From the NCBI RefSeq assembly GCF_030028105.1, contig NC_092400.1, positions 4,340,001 to 4,404,000 on the forward strand: a stretch of DNA of 64,000 nucleotides, given 5' to 3'. Source of the DNA: Mobula birostris (Eukaryota). The notes beneath the pieces are model-generated. The model was not told the DNA's origin, did no database searches, and saw only the letters and a program-made list of their open reading frames with translations. Positions 23,966-37,280 of this stretch are shown here, piece by piece; the first letter of the stretch is position 1, and each line of letters opens with the position of its first letter. Made by a program: the position numbers and the translations under genes.

Positions 23966-26900
23966 TATACTGTGGAGAATCACGTGTGTTGGCTGTTCTT
24001 TATTACATCAATCAAAAACAATTAACCACAAATGCTGCAACAAGGAACTCAGCAGGCCAGGCAGCATCTATAGTAAAGAGAGAACAGTCGATGTTTCAGA
24101 TCGAGACCCTTCATCAGGATCAGGAATGAAAAGTCAGCTGTTTACCCTTCTGCTGCCTGGCCCACTGAGTTCCTCCAGCATTTTGTGTGTGTTGTTGCAT
24201 CTGCAGATTTTCTTGTCTTTATGCAAATGCTGGAAGTCTGGAATGAAAACGAAATGTGACCCTGCATCAGTATCTAATGGTTTGAATGGTCTGTGAGGCA
24301 GAAATCTGATTTCCAAAGCTGAGGGACATTATTCCACCATGAAGCTTTTATTGCTAGGATATTCAAGTGAACCTGATGGTTTTTGGTGTACATCTTGGTT
24401 ACTATTGATTGAGTGCCTGAGGAAACTAATTACAAGTTTTCCTGACTTGCAAATGTATTATTGTACCTTCATCAGAAAGACTTCAGTTCTTCAAAAGAGT
24501 GACTTTATACCAATTAGGAATAGCAATGAATACTTGCCTTCCTGGTGATAGCTAGTTTTAGTAATTCAATATCTAAAAGATATAAAAATGGCTGACACAT
24601 ACCTTGTTAACAGCTACTGTCCTAAGATATCACAGTATTCGTTTTGGGCCAGCTACATCAATTTATTGAAAATAGTTATTAAAAACATGCTAGAAATTTA
24701 AAATAAAACGAAAGCCAGAAACACTCATCAAGTTGGGCAGTATCTGGAAATATTTTGGTTTAAAGACTATCAGAACTACATTAATGGTCTTAATTTGTTA
24801 CTAATTTCCACGTCACTGACAGTGTGTTGTACTTCATGGTTAATTTCCAATCTTGGTAAGCTGTACTTTAGATGTTCATGCAAATGGTGGGGAATTTTCA
24901 TGTGATTCTAGGTATTGATCAGAACTGAATTACTTTCAAAACCAAGGTGCTTTGAATTGTGGAGGAGGAACTATGTGGGTTAAATTCAGGGAATAAATTT
25001 AATAAATTTGTATTTACTGTTCAGTTATTTGGAGTCCCCACATTCAATGAAGTAACATCCTAATGATCAAATAAATTGCAAGTGTATGGTATTTTATGCC
25101 TATGAATGTTGCTCACTTGCACAAGTTTAGCCAGGGCTTTCCATAACTGCAGTATACCATTTACTCCCCTGAACTCCTTTATAAATACGTGGTATACAAG
25201 ATCTAAACTCGGTCAATAAGAAGTATGAGGAATGACTCCATTTTGATTTTCAAACACAATGGTCCAAATTTTCTTTGATTCTACTAATGGACTGACAAAT
25301 GGACCATTGTATGTAGAAACAGTCATAGAAGTGGGGACACAGAAATATTTAGGAGGGGACTTGATCAGAATCAGGTTTAATATCACTGTCACATGTCCTG
25401 AAGTTTGTTTTGTGGCAGCAGTACATTGCAATACATAAAAATAAAACAGTTTACAATAAGTATATATGAAAATCATTAAGTACTGTAAAGAGAGAGCAAA
25501 AAACCGTGGTTGCAGAAGGGAAGAAGCTACTCTTATACCACCACCTCACTGGTAGCAATGAGAATAGGATATGGCCTGGGCGATGAGGGTCATTAAAAGA
25601 TGGACGCTGCCTCATAAAGGTGTTCTGGATACTGGGAGGCTAGTGCCCATGGTGAAGCTGGATCCGAGTACAATTTTCTGTGAAATTAAGTGAAATTATT
25701 TACCCACAATTCTATCCATCCTGGAACTATTGAAACTAATTTTCACAATGGAGATGTAGAATGGCAACATTAATAATGTTACAGAAGAAAGACAAGTTGT
25801 GTATGGAACTTGACATGATCTTGCCCTGTTCTCCTCATCTACATCCTTTCGAACCATCTCCTTCCTATGCTTGTAGAAGTCCCACCAGAAATTGAGTTTA
25901 AATTTGAAGTGTTACAGGACTGGCAACATGATCATTACTTGACAGATCCAAGCCAAAGTGTCAGCACAATCCATCTATTAACCTGACAATCATTAAACAC
26001 CCTCAACATCTGTGACACATGCCCTCTTCACATTACTACCATCAGGAGGAAGTCCAGGAGCCTGAGGAGAGACTCAACATTTTATAAAATAAAAATCTGC
26101 ATCAGATTTCTGAATGGCCCATGACCCTGTTAACACTACCTTATTATTTGTCCTTTGCACTATTTTTGTAACTTATAGTAAATTTTATGAATTTTATGCA
26201 CTGTACTGCCACAAAACAACAAATTTCATGACACATCAGTAATAAATCTGATTCTGAGTTTGATTCAGAAGTCTATAAATCAAGAAGCCTATCAGAAATT
26301 GTCAGCCAGTTTAGAGTTTACTACATAAGTCATCAAAGTCATCATTCAAAGGCAGACTTGTCTCAATAGGGGTCAATGGTATGTTATCACTGCAACAATC
26401 TTCTCCATCATTCTAGTTCTTCCCAAAGATTGCCTTCCCTCCAGAAGCGTCATCGAACACAGAATAGGTGAGGTGAGGGATGTTCAGTCTTGTTCACCAC
26501 TTTCAAACACCATAATTTCCAAGGTGTTTGTTGACGACCACTATGTGCTAATGATTGTAAAATCCTTATGCACATGAATAGTGACCTCTACCTTTCACCT
26601 TACAGAAACTCACCATAGCCTTGTTCAAGATGTACCCCAGTTTAGCTGCTTTCAGTTGTTAATATTTGGGCTTTTAAAACAGTTTGTTTTTTGACCTTGA
26701 AGGTAGTCTCCATAATTCAAGTAAGTTGTATCCTGGTTCCGACCTGGGCAAACAGGGAATTTTATAATTAGTCTGTACAGCCCAATAAACTGCTCACTGG
26801 AGAACACATGGGATTCCACCATATTTTATTGCCACAAGATGAACACACATTCAACATTAAATAAAAACTTACATTTTTCAAGGGTGTCAAACCTTTTGTT

Positions 26901-28806
26901 TCCTTCAAATTATATCCTGTCACAAACAAGCGAAAATCGGCAGATGCTGGAACTCCAAGCAACACACAAAATACTGGAGGAACTCCACAGGCCAGCCAGC
27001 ATCTATGGAGAAGAGTACAGTGGACATTTCAGGCCAAGACCCTTCAGCAGGACCATATCCTGCTTACTTTTCCAACTGCCTAGATGTGCTAAACTGCTGG
27101 CTGTTGAGTTCACACATTAACTTTATATCCCAGAGAACAGTGGCTGGTGTGTCTTGGATCTGGATCAGCAAGTTCGAAGAGGTCAAGAAGAAAACTCAAT
27201 TGATATTCAAGTCAGTGAGTATGTTGTCGGAACACCCTGAGGTACTTGCGGGCTGCTTTAACACCTCACTGCAACATCGTGCTGAAACAGCCCTGACTAT
27301 TCTTTAAATTAAATCCAACTATTAATCTTCATTCTCATATAATCAGTGGTAAAAATCTGAGTGAATAGTGCTTCATCATAAATTCTTCTCCCAGACAATG
27401 TCCCTAGATGCTTCGCAGTCAATAATGTACCTTTGAAGGTGTGATTGTTATAGGGGTAAATCATGACCTACTGATGCCCCACAGACAACACCATCCCTTC
27501 ACCACCTTTCACATTCGTTATCAGCCACGTCTGATCCTCTGTGTTTTCACTGTGGGCCATCACAGTGCAATTAAGCATGAACTGTGTCCTCGTCCTCTCT
27601 CCCTAGTCACTCCACTGGAATATTGTAGAGAACTGCAGCAGGGTTTAGGAATAATGGAACAAGTTTACACCTAGGTTTAAATGAATTGAAGAGAGCCAGA
27701 GAATACAGCATAGAATCAGAATCAGGTTTATTGTCACTAACATAAGTCATGAAATGTGTTGTTTTGTGGCAGCACTACAGTGTAGGTACAACAGATTGCT
27801 ATATGTTACAATAAAATTATGTAAATAAATTACACAAGAGCAGTAGCCCTCTTGCACAACATGTTTACAGCAACATTAACAAATATTCTAATCCATTTTG
27901 CCTGCAACAATTCGGATTCAGATTAGGTTATTGTGGTATATACCAGGGTGCACAGGAACCCTTTGCCTGCCTGAAGCCCACTTGGTAATAATGAATACAC
28001 TCAAAACAGCAAAGAGCACGAAAGAACAGAATGGTGCAATGACTCCGATGTCATGTGAAGTAATGCTTAAAGTGACAATAACTTAATATCAGAGAAGGTG
28101 GAGTTAAGAGACGAAGAATATGGCGCCATCACCAGAAAAGAGGGTGTACAAAGAGGTGTTTGGTCGGGGGAGGAAGTTGTTCTTGAATCTAGTCATCCAG
28201 GTTTTCAAGCTCCAGAATCTTCTTCCAGAAAAGGGAATGACCAGGGTGGCAGGCATCTGTGACGAGACATGTAATCTTCTGTAAGCAACACGTTGTAGAG
28301 ACGGATGGGATGGAAGGAAGTGCTGAGCTATATCCCTCTGCGTTCTCGTCAGGACCCTTTTAAATGTTGTTACTGTTCCTGCCTTCACCACATCCTCTGG
28401 CTGCTCATTCCAGATACCGACAACTCACTGTGAAAAATCTAGATCTCAGACCTTCTTTAAATTTCCTTCCTCGCCTCTAGTTTTAACATGGGAAACAGGC
28501 AGTGGTTATGTAGCTTCTTTGTGCCATATACATCTATCATGTCACCCTCAGCCTCCTTCGAACCAGGGAAAGGGACACCACTTATCCAATCCCTCCTGTT
28601 AATTCAAGCCCTCCATGTTTTTGTGCATCTTGGTAGACTATAAAGAAACAAATATTGGAGATGGGTTCTAGCGTAAAGTTTAAATAGATACATTCTTATC
28701 ACAGATAACCATTGGACAGTTTGAGATAATGGATGTATAGTAAATGATGTTTGGTCAGTTCCTGAGCCCCTCTAACACCTCCTTCTCATTCAAGAATCTT
28801 CCTGCT

Positions 28807-31800
28807 GCTCTTTGTCTGGTAAAAAAGGAAATCAAATCTTTCGACAGAGGTGACATAGGATCAGAAGATGTAGAATCCTTGTGGGTAGAGTGCAGAAACT
28901 GCAAGGAAAAGGAGACCCTGATACAAGCTGTAAACACAAAATAATCTGCAGGTGCTGTAAAAGATCAAAGCAACACTTTCAGTACGCTGGATGAACTCAG
29001 CAGATCGGGCAACATCAGTCAGAAATGATGAGTTTACGTTTCAGGCCGGAACCCTTCATCAGGACTGAAGAATGAAAGATGGGGAAGGATTTGAAGAATG
29101 CTTGTAGCGTCAGTTGAAAGACCAGTAACTTGAAAGACAAACGGGGTGGGGGAGGGGAAGCATTGACGTCATAGCCCTGGAAACAATGGGTGGTAGAAGA
29201 AGGAGGTGGGACCATTTCCCCCACCCCTTTGTCTTTCAATTTACTGGTCTTTCAACTGAAGCTACAAGCATTCTTCAAATCCTTCTCCATCTTTCATTCT
29301 TCAGTCCTGACGAAGGGTTCCGGCCCAAAACGTCGACTCATCATTTCTGACTGATGCTGCCTGACTTGCTGAGTTCATCCAGCGTACTAAAAGTGATGCA
29401 AGCTACTTACAAGCTTCTGAACAGTAGCCGGGATGTGGTCTACAAATTACAAGAAGAAATAGAAAAAGCATGTCAAAAAACCAATGTAATGTTAGTCATG
29501 TGGGATTTCAATATGCAGATAGATTGGGAAGATCACATTGATGCTGGATCCCAAGAGAGAGAATTTGTAGAATGCCTCCACTGGAGGATCAGCAATTCTG
29601 GATTGGGTGTTGTGTAATGAACTGGATATGATTAGGGAGCTTAAGGTAAAGGAACCCTTAGGAAATAATGATCATAATATGATAGCGTTCACCCTGCAAT
29701 TTGAGAGGGAGAAGCTAAAGTCAGATATATCAGTACTACAGTGGAGTAAAGAGAATTACAGAGGCATGAGAGAGGAGCTGGCCAAAATTGATTGAAAGGG
29801 GACACTAGCGGGAATGATGGCAAAGCAGCAATGGCTGGACCTCCTGGGAACAATTCCAGGGGCACAGGACAGATACATCCCAAAGAAGAAAAAGTATTCT
29901 AAAGGCAGAATGGTGTAACCATGGCTGACAAGAGAAGTTGAAGCCAACATGAAAGCCAAGAGGGCATATAATAGAGCAAAAACTAATGGGAAGTTAGAGG
30001 ATTGGGGAATTTAAAAAAACAACAGAAGATAACTAAAAAAAAAACAGGTGGGGGAGGGGCGGAGGAGACAATGAAATATGAAGGTCAGCCAGCCAATAAT
30101 ATCAAAAATGATACCAAAAGATTTTTCAGATACATAAAGTGAAAGAGAGGTGAGAGTAGACATTAGACCACTGGAAAAATGATGTTGGAGTGATAGTAAT
30201 GTGGACAAGGAAATGGCGGACAGACTGAATAAGTATTTTGCATCAGTCTTCACTGTGGAAGACACTAGAAGTATGCTGGAAGTTTGAGACTGTCAGGGGG
30301 CAGAAGTGAGTACAGCTGTTGTTAATAGAGAGAAGGTGCTAGGGAAACTGAGAGGTTGGAAGATGGATAAGTCACCTAGACCTGATGGACTACACCCCAG
30401 GGTCCTGAAAGAGGTAGCTGAAGAGATTGTGGAGGCATTAGTAATGATGTTTCAAGAATCAATAGATCTTGGGATGGTTCTGGAGGACTTGAAAATCGCA
30501 AATGTCACTCTATTCTTCAAGGAGGGAGGCAGAAAAAATGAAATTATAGGCCAGTTAGTTTGACCTCAGTTATTGGGAAGTTGTTGGAGTCAATTGGTAA
30601 GGATGCGGTTTCAGGAGGCATGTGACAAAACAGGCTAAAGTCAGATGGTTTCCTTAAGGGAATATCTTGCCTGACAAATCTGTTGGAATTCTTTGAAGGC
30701 GTAACAAGAAGGAAAGACAAAGGAAACTCGGTGGATGTTGTGTACTGTACTTAGATTTTCAGAAGGACTTTGACAAGGTGCCGCATCTGAGGCTACTAAA
30801 CAAGGTAAGAGCCCATGGTATTACTGGAAAGATACTAGCATGGATAGAGCATTGGCTGACTGGCAGGAGACAAAAGGTGTGAATAAAGGGATTACACTGC
30901 CGATGACTAGTGATGTTCCACAGGGATCTGTGATGGGACTGCTTCTATTTACGTTGTCGGTCAACAGTTTGGATGGTGGAATTGATGACTTTGTGGCCAA
31001 GTTTGCGGAAGATACAAAGACAGGTGGAGGGGCTGGTAGTGCTGAGGAAGCAGAGCTGATGCAGAAGGACTTAAGCAGATTAGGAGAATGGGCGAAGAAG
31101 TGGCGGATGGAATACCGTGTCGAGATGTGTATAATCATGGTAGAAGGAATAGAAGCATACACTATTTTCTAAACGGGGAGAAAATTCTAACATCCGAGGT
31201 GGAAAGGGATTTGGGAGTCCACGTGGAGAATTCCCTGGAGGTTAATTTGCAGGTTGAGTCTATGGTGAGGAAGATAAATACAATGCTAGCATTCATTTCA
31301 AGAGGACTAGAGTTTAATAGAAAGGATGTAAAATTGAGGCTGTATAAGGCTGGTGAGGCTTCACTTGGAGCATTGTGAGCAGTTCTGGGCTCCTTATGTG
31401 CTGACACTGGAGAGGATTCAGAACAGGTTCACGAGAAAGATTCAGGGGATGAAAGGGTTATCATAGGAGCAGTGATTGAAGGCTTTGGTCTTGTATTTGC
31501 TGGAACTTAAAAGAAAGAGTGGGGAACTTCATTGAAACCTATCAAATGTTGAAGGGCCTAGATAGAGTGGATGTGAAGAGGATGTTTCCTTTGCTGGAGA
31601 ATTCTAGGACCAGAGGGAAAATCCTCAAGATAGAGAGACATCTATTTAGAACAGAGATGAGGAGGAATTTCTTTAGCCAGAGGGTGGTGAATCTGTGGAA
31701 TTCATTGCCACGGGCAGCTGTAAAGGCCAAGTCATTGGGTATACCTACGGCGAAGTTTGACAGGTTCTTGATTTGTCAGGATGTGAAAGGTTATGGGGAG

Positions 31801-31904
31801 AAGGCAGGGGATTGGGGTTGTGAGGGAAATAAATGAGCCATGATGAAATGGTGGAGCAGACTCAATGGGCCAAATGGCCTAATTCTGCTCCTGTGGCTTA
31901 TGGT
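28807..31904 (+). mobile_element. 5'-truncated degenerate CR1 LINE (APE + RT), with a nested Penelope-like fold-back
   Basis: ESLWVECRN, VMWDFNM, NDHNMI (APE); KSPRPDGLHPRVLKE, VPQGSVMGLLLF, AKFAEDTK (RT); FFSQRVVNLWNSLP; CR1 3' end. Confidence 0.9.
28930..29399. mobile_element. Penelope-like terminal-repeat fold-back (two ~180-bp inverted arms with hammerhead cores)
   Basis: 28969-29152 is the imperfect reverse complement of 29216-29399; each arm carries CTGAnGA-AGGGTTCCGGCCY-RAAACGT. Confidence 0.75.
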
Positions 31905-32114
31905 TACTCAGCCAACTCTGAGTCAATTCTCCCAGTGCCTTTTCTCAGCACACGTCTCAAGCCATCGGGTTTCGCATGAGAAGTTAAAACAAGGCCCTCT
32001 ACTCCCTGAACTGGTAATCTTGGAAGAAGAGATGGGGAGTTTCCCCTCCAGCTAATGTTTATCCCTCTGTCACCAGCATTAAAAAAGATTGAAAGGTCAC
32101 TGTCATATTGCCAT

Positions 32115-32570
32115 ATGCAGGGAGATCAGTGGGGAGGGACAAATGGACAAGTCAGTTGCACAGGGAGCGATCCCTGCAGAAAGCAGAAAGTGAGGGGGAG
32201 GGAAGGATGTGCTTGGTGGTGGGATCCCGCTGGAGATGGCAGTTTTGGAGAAGTATGTGCTGGACACGAATGCTTCTAGGGTGGTAGCTGAACGAACCCT
32301 ATCCCTGGTGGGGTGGCGGGAGGATGGGGTGAGGGCAGATGTGCATGAAACGGAAGAGATGCATTTGAGGGCAGCATTGATGGTGGAGGAAGGAAAGCCC
32401 CTTTCTTTGAAGAAGGAGGACTTCTCTTTAGTTCTGGAATGAAAAGCCTCACCCTGAGAGCGGAGCGGTGGAGATAGAGGAATTGAGAGAAGGGCATGGC
32501 ACTTTTACAAGTAACAGGGTGGGAAGAGACTAGGTAGCTGTGAGAATCGGTGGGTTTATAAAATATCAGT
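32115..32570 (-). mobile_element. Penelope-like element coding fragment
   Basis: Minus frame FHSRTKEKSSFFKERGFPSSTINAAL; a related + strand piece at ~59790-59915 reads AFHSRTREMSSFFKERGFPSST. Confidence 0.65.
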
Positions 32571-33460
32571 GAGAATTACCTTTACCTTTATTTCTCCTCC
32601 CAAAGAGCATGACCATACACTTCCCTGCACTGTATTCCACTTGTTGTAATATCAACAAAATCACAGGAGAGACACAGCTGGTAGATATGGAGTAGTCTTT
32701 TATTCAACAAAATGAAGTACAGCAGGCATCATATCGAGGCCCTTTCAGAGGACGAGGCCTGTTCGACCCAACATGATACTTTATATGATAAAGATCAAAG
32801 GGCAATTCCATATTTGCAATGCTTCCTTTGAGTTACATATAACTTTCAGACATCCTTCTTCTCACCCACACTCCACTCTGTTTTTTCAATTAACTGCTGT
32901 TCACAGCTCTAGGAACCTACAGTCCAGAGCTGCATTTTAAATTTAATCTACAGACCATGTTCAGGTCTAAAGATTGGCTGCTGAAGTTAATATTTTGTTA
33001 TACGTCCTAAGGCCAGAATATGCCCTAACACCAGATGCCACTTCTCTGCACATTCTCTTAATCTGTGCAAATCCCTCTGCAGACTCCCTGCCTCCTCAAC
33101 ACTACCTGCACCTCTCCCCTATCTTTGCAGCATCTGCAAACTTGTCTACAGATCCATCAATTCTGTCATCTAAATTATTGACATGAAAACAGAATGAACC
33201 CAACAGCGACCCCTGCAGGACACCAGTAAATTCGCAGCCAACTTGATGAGGCCCCATTTATTATCTCTTTACCGTCAGCCAGTCAACCAATCTTCCATCC
33301 ATGCTGGTATCGTTCCTGTTTTGTGTGCTTCCAAGTACCCTGAAATCTCATTCTTACTCTTTTATCTTGCCAACAACTGAAGCCAGGCTATATAGCCTAT
33401 AATTCCAAACAGGAGAAAATCTGCAGATCTTTCAAATCTCTTACTAGCTCTTCTTTCAGT

Positions 33461-33498
33461 TAGTCCTGACGAAGGGTCTCGGCCCGAAACGTCGACTG
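33461..33498 (+). ncRNA. Minimal type-I hammerhead ribozyme motif in a Penelope-like repeat
   Basis: TAGTC-CTGACGA-A-GGGTCTCGGCCC-GAAAC-GTC-GACTG: stem I AGTC/GACT, intact core, stem II, loopless palindromic ACGT stem III; predicted cleavage after C33493. Confidence 0.6.
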
Positions 33499-34466
33499 TA
33501 CCTCTTCCTAGAGATGCTGCCTGGCCTGCTGCGTTCACCAGCAATTTTTATGTGTGTTGCTTGAAAATCTGCAGATGCTGGAAATCCAAGCAACACACAC
33601 AAAATGCTGGAGGAACTCAGCAGGTCAAGCAGCATCTATGGAAAAAAAGTACAGTCGACGTTTCGGCCCGAGACCTGTCAGCAGGAAAAAAAGATGAGGA
33701 GTCAGAGTAAGAAGGTCACTTCCTTGCCACCAAACTTCCTAATGATAGGCCATGCCGTTGAAAGGGCTTGCCCGGCTGTATACTGTACATCACCTGGGGA
33801 ACAGGATTGCCATGAAGTTGTTGAACGTGGAAGTATAAATTCCAAAACCGCATTTAATAAACACAAGTGTTAACGAAAACAATTTGAGAACTGTTGCTTA
33901 TAGGTGATCTCTGATGAGTGTTCTGCAGAATTTCACAAATGTATTGGAAGTGGATTGGAATTGGAATTGGAATGGGTTTATTGTCACGTGTGCCGAGCTA
34001 CAGTGAGAAGCTTGTTGTGCACAGTTCATTCATACCAATTAGGCAGTGATTGAGGTAGTACAAGGTAAAACAGTATCAGGATGCAGAATCAACTGCCAGA
34101 GCCACTGAGAAAGTGCAGTGCAAGTAAACAACAAGGGTGCAATTCTATCTGATAGATTGTGAAGGAGATTTATTCAATAATCTAAATTAGATCAAGGGGG
34201 GAGGGAATGTCAATGTGAGTAGTTTGCAGAAGAAATGCTTGCATGATTTAAACAAAAAAAGCGGCAATGTCTGTGCAGGAAAAAGGATGGTCGATATTCC
34301 CTACTGACGTCCTGGTGTAGTGTTTCGGCCCGAAGTGCGGACTGACTGCTAATTCCTTTCTGCTTGACCTGCTGAGTTCCTCCGGCAGTGTATGTGACCT
34401 TGTCAAGTTGTTTGCAGAAGTTTGCTTCAATGCTCCAAAATTACTGTCGGCGGGTGGTTGGCCAGG

Positions 34467-34539
34467 GCCCGGATAGCTCAGTCGGTAGAGCATCAGACTT
34501 TTAATCTGAGGGTCCAGGGTTCAAGTCCCTGTTCGGGCG
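34467..34539 (+). tRNA. TRK-TTT: tRNA-Lys (anticodon UUU)
   Basis: 73 nt, GCCCGGATAGCTCAGTCGGTAGAGCATCAGACTTTTAATCTGAGGGTCCAGGGTTCAAGTCCCTGTTCGGGCG; full cloverleaf matching the vertebrate tRNA-Lys3 sequence; T5 Pol III terminator at 34545-34549. Confidence 0.98.
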
Positions 34540-34878
34540 ATCGCTTTTTACACTCGGCCACTTCACTTCTACTTTAAATTGAGCTGGTAACACGTAAAAT
34601 GGACCCCGGCCGGCCGCAGGCATCGGGGAGGGTGCGGGGGCGGCACGGGGACATTCCGGGATCGGGATCGGGATCCGGTCAGGTCCGGCCAGCCATCGCC
34701 GCCGCAAAGTGTGGGGAGCAGCCCGATCGCGGACCTTGAACCCGCGTGTCTCCCCTCAGGCTGCGCCGAGGCTTGGCCTCCCTTCCCGGCGTTGTGAGTA
34801 TGGACGGGGAGGAGGGCTCGGCCGGCGCCCCGACCCGAGCCCGGGGCCATCACGGGCCGCTGCGGCGCCGGCTGATGA

Positions 34879-35520
<642 letters not shown>

Positions 35521-35523
35521 TAA

Positions 35524-35745
<222 letters not shown>

Positions 35746-36806
35746 TGAACACTGACACGGGATTGTTGCCTATGTTAATGTGTGAACTCTACAAGCCATT
35801 TGTACATCTCGGTGTGGGGAACCTCACAACAGTGGACACGGAGCAGAGTTAATACAATGCTGTTCGACTCTGGTTAATTAAATTCTGGAACTATAGTTGT
35901 GAATCACTTGCAAAGTGATCATGATTTGAAGTTGGTGAATTTGTACGCTTTTTATAACTTTGAAGTGGCGCGTGTCTTTGATGGTTCTTGTGAGACCCCG
36001 ATCCTCAAAATAAGAATGCTACAGCAATGAGTCGATTTCTGCACTGAGCAACAAATAATTGTGTAATTTTTTTTGTGACACACAAAGTTTTAATATATTC
36101 CCTTAAGTCTTGTTGCTGTCTTTAATTTTACAACTATGTGTGGTCTTGTACAAACCCATGTTAAGATGCAGCTGTCTTTTCCGTTCAGTGGCATTATTGT
36201 GTGGCTGTTGGCTGGGCTGAGTGAGCATCTAGCAGTTGAGTCAGGCAGACCTGGTGTCATACCTGTTCTGAGTTGGTCTGTCTCAGTGGGGTTAGGGGGC
36301 GAGGTGGTTGCAGTGGGCAGTGACCAGAGAAAGAACCAAAGGAAATATGAGCAGGAGTCCCTCAAGCCTGCCATATCAGCCCTAGGCTCAATCTCCTCTT
36401 CTGTCTCAGTTCCTCGATCTTTCAAAAAAGTATCTTCTGTACCACCAATGATCTGGCCCCCATAACTCTCTGGAGTGGAAAATTCCAGAGATCCAGCAAC
36501 TTCTGTGAGAAGTTTCGAAGTGTATTTTCCTTATAGAAATGTGTGTTGGATCTGTTCACGATAACCAGACTCCGCTTATCCTAATTTCCAAGGATTATTT
36601 TCCTGATGCTGTTCACCCCAGTTCAGCAGCATCTCTGCCTCCCTGGCTTTAACAGCTGACCCAGCAACACTTTCAAAAATATTTGTTCTCCAATGTAATC
36701 AGTGATCTCACTAACTACACTGAGGCTTTATTAGATGCATCGTATCACCCTCTAACTACTATAAGGCTACAAAAATAAGTGTAGCTTTCCTCCTAACAAT
36801 CTCCTA

Positions 36807-37280
36807 CACTCATTTGGTGGCCAATTTATTAAATACTTCCAGTACCTAATACGGTTATCACTGTGTGTATGCTCGTGGTCCATCCACTTCAAGGTTTGAC
36901 TTGTTGAGCATTCAGAGACACTGTTGTAGTGTGTTCTTGAGTTACTATCGCCTTCCTGTCAGCTTGAATCTGTCTGGCCACTCTCTGACTTCATTAACAA
37001 GGTATTTTCACCCACAGAACTGCTGCTCACTCGATGCCTTTTTGCTCTTGCGCCACTCTCTGTAAATCCCAGGACATCAGTAATTTCTGAGATACTCAAT
37101 CTGGCACCAGTAGTCATTCCGTGGTCAAGGTCACGTAGATGACATTTCTTTTTTCATTCTGATGTTTGAACTGAACCTCAAACACGTTTAATGCATTAAG
37201 TTGCTGTCACATGACTGGCTGATTAAATATTTGCATTAACGAGCTGGTGCACGAGTTCCCAATGAAATGGCCACTGAGTC
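36807..37280. mobile_element. Degenerate Tc1-like non-autonomous element (partial sister copy at ~35255-35502 in the TRIAP1 intron)
   Basis: TA-flanked termini CACTCA..GTGGCCA.TTTATT / AATGAAATGGCCACTGAGT; internal sequence shared with the intron copy, which ends GTACCTAATAAAGTGGCCACTG. Confidence 0.6.
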
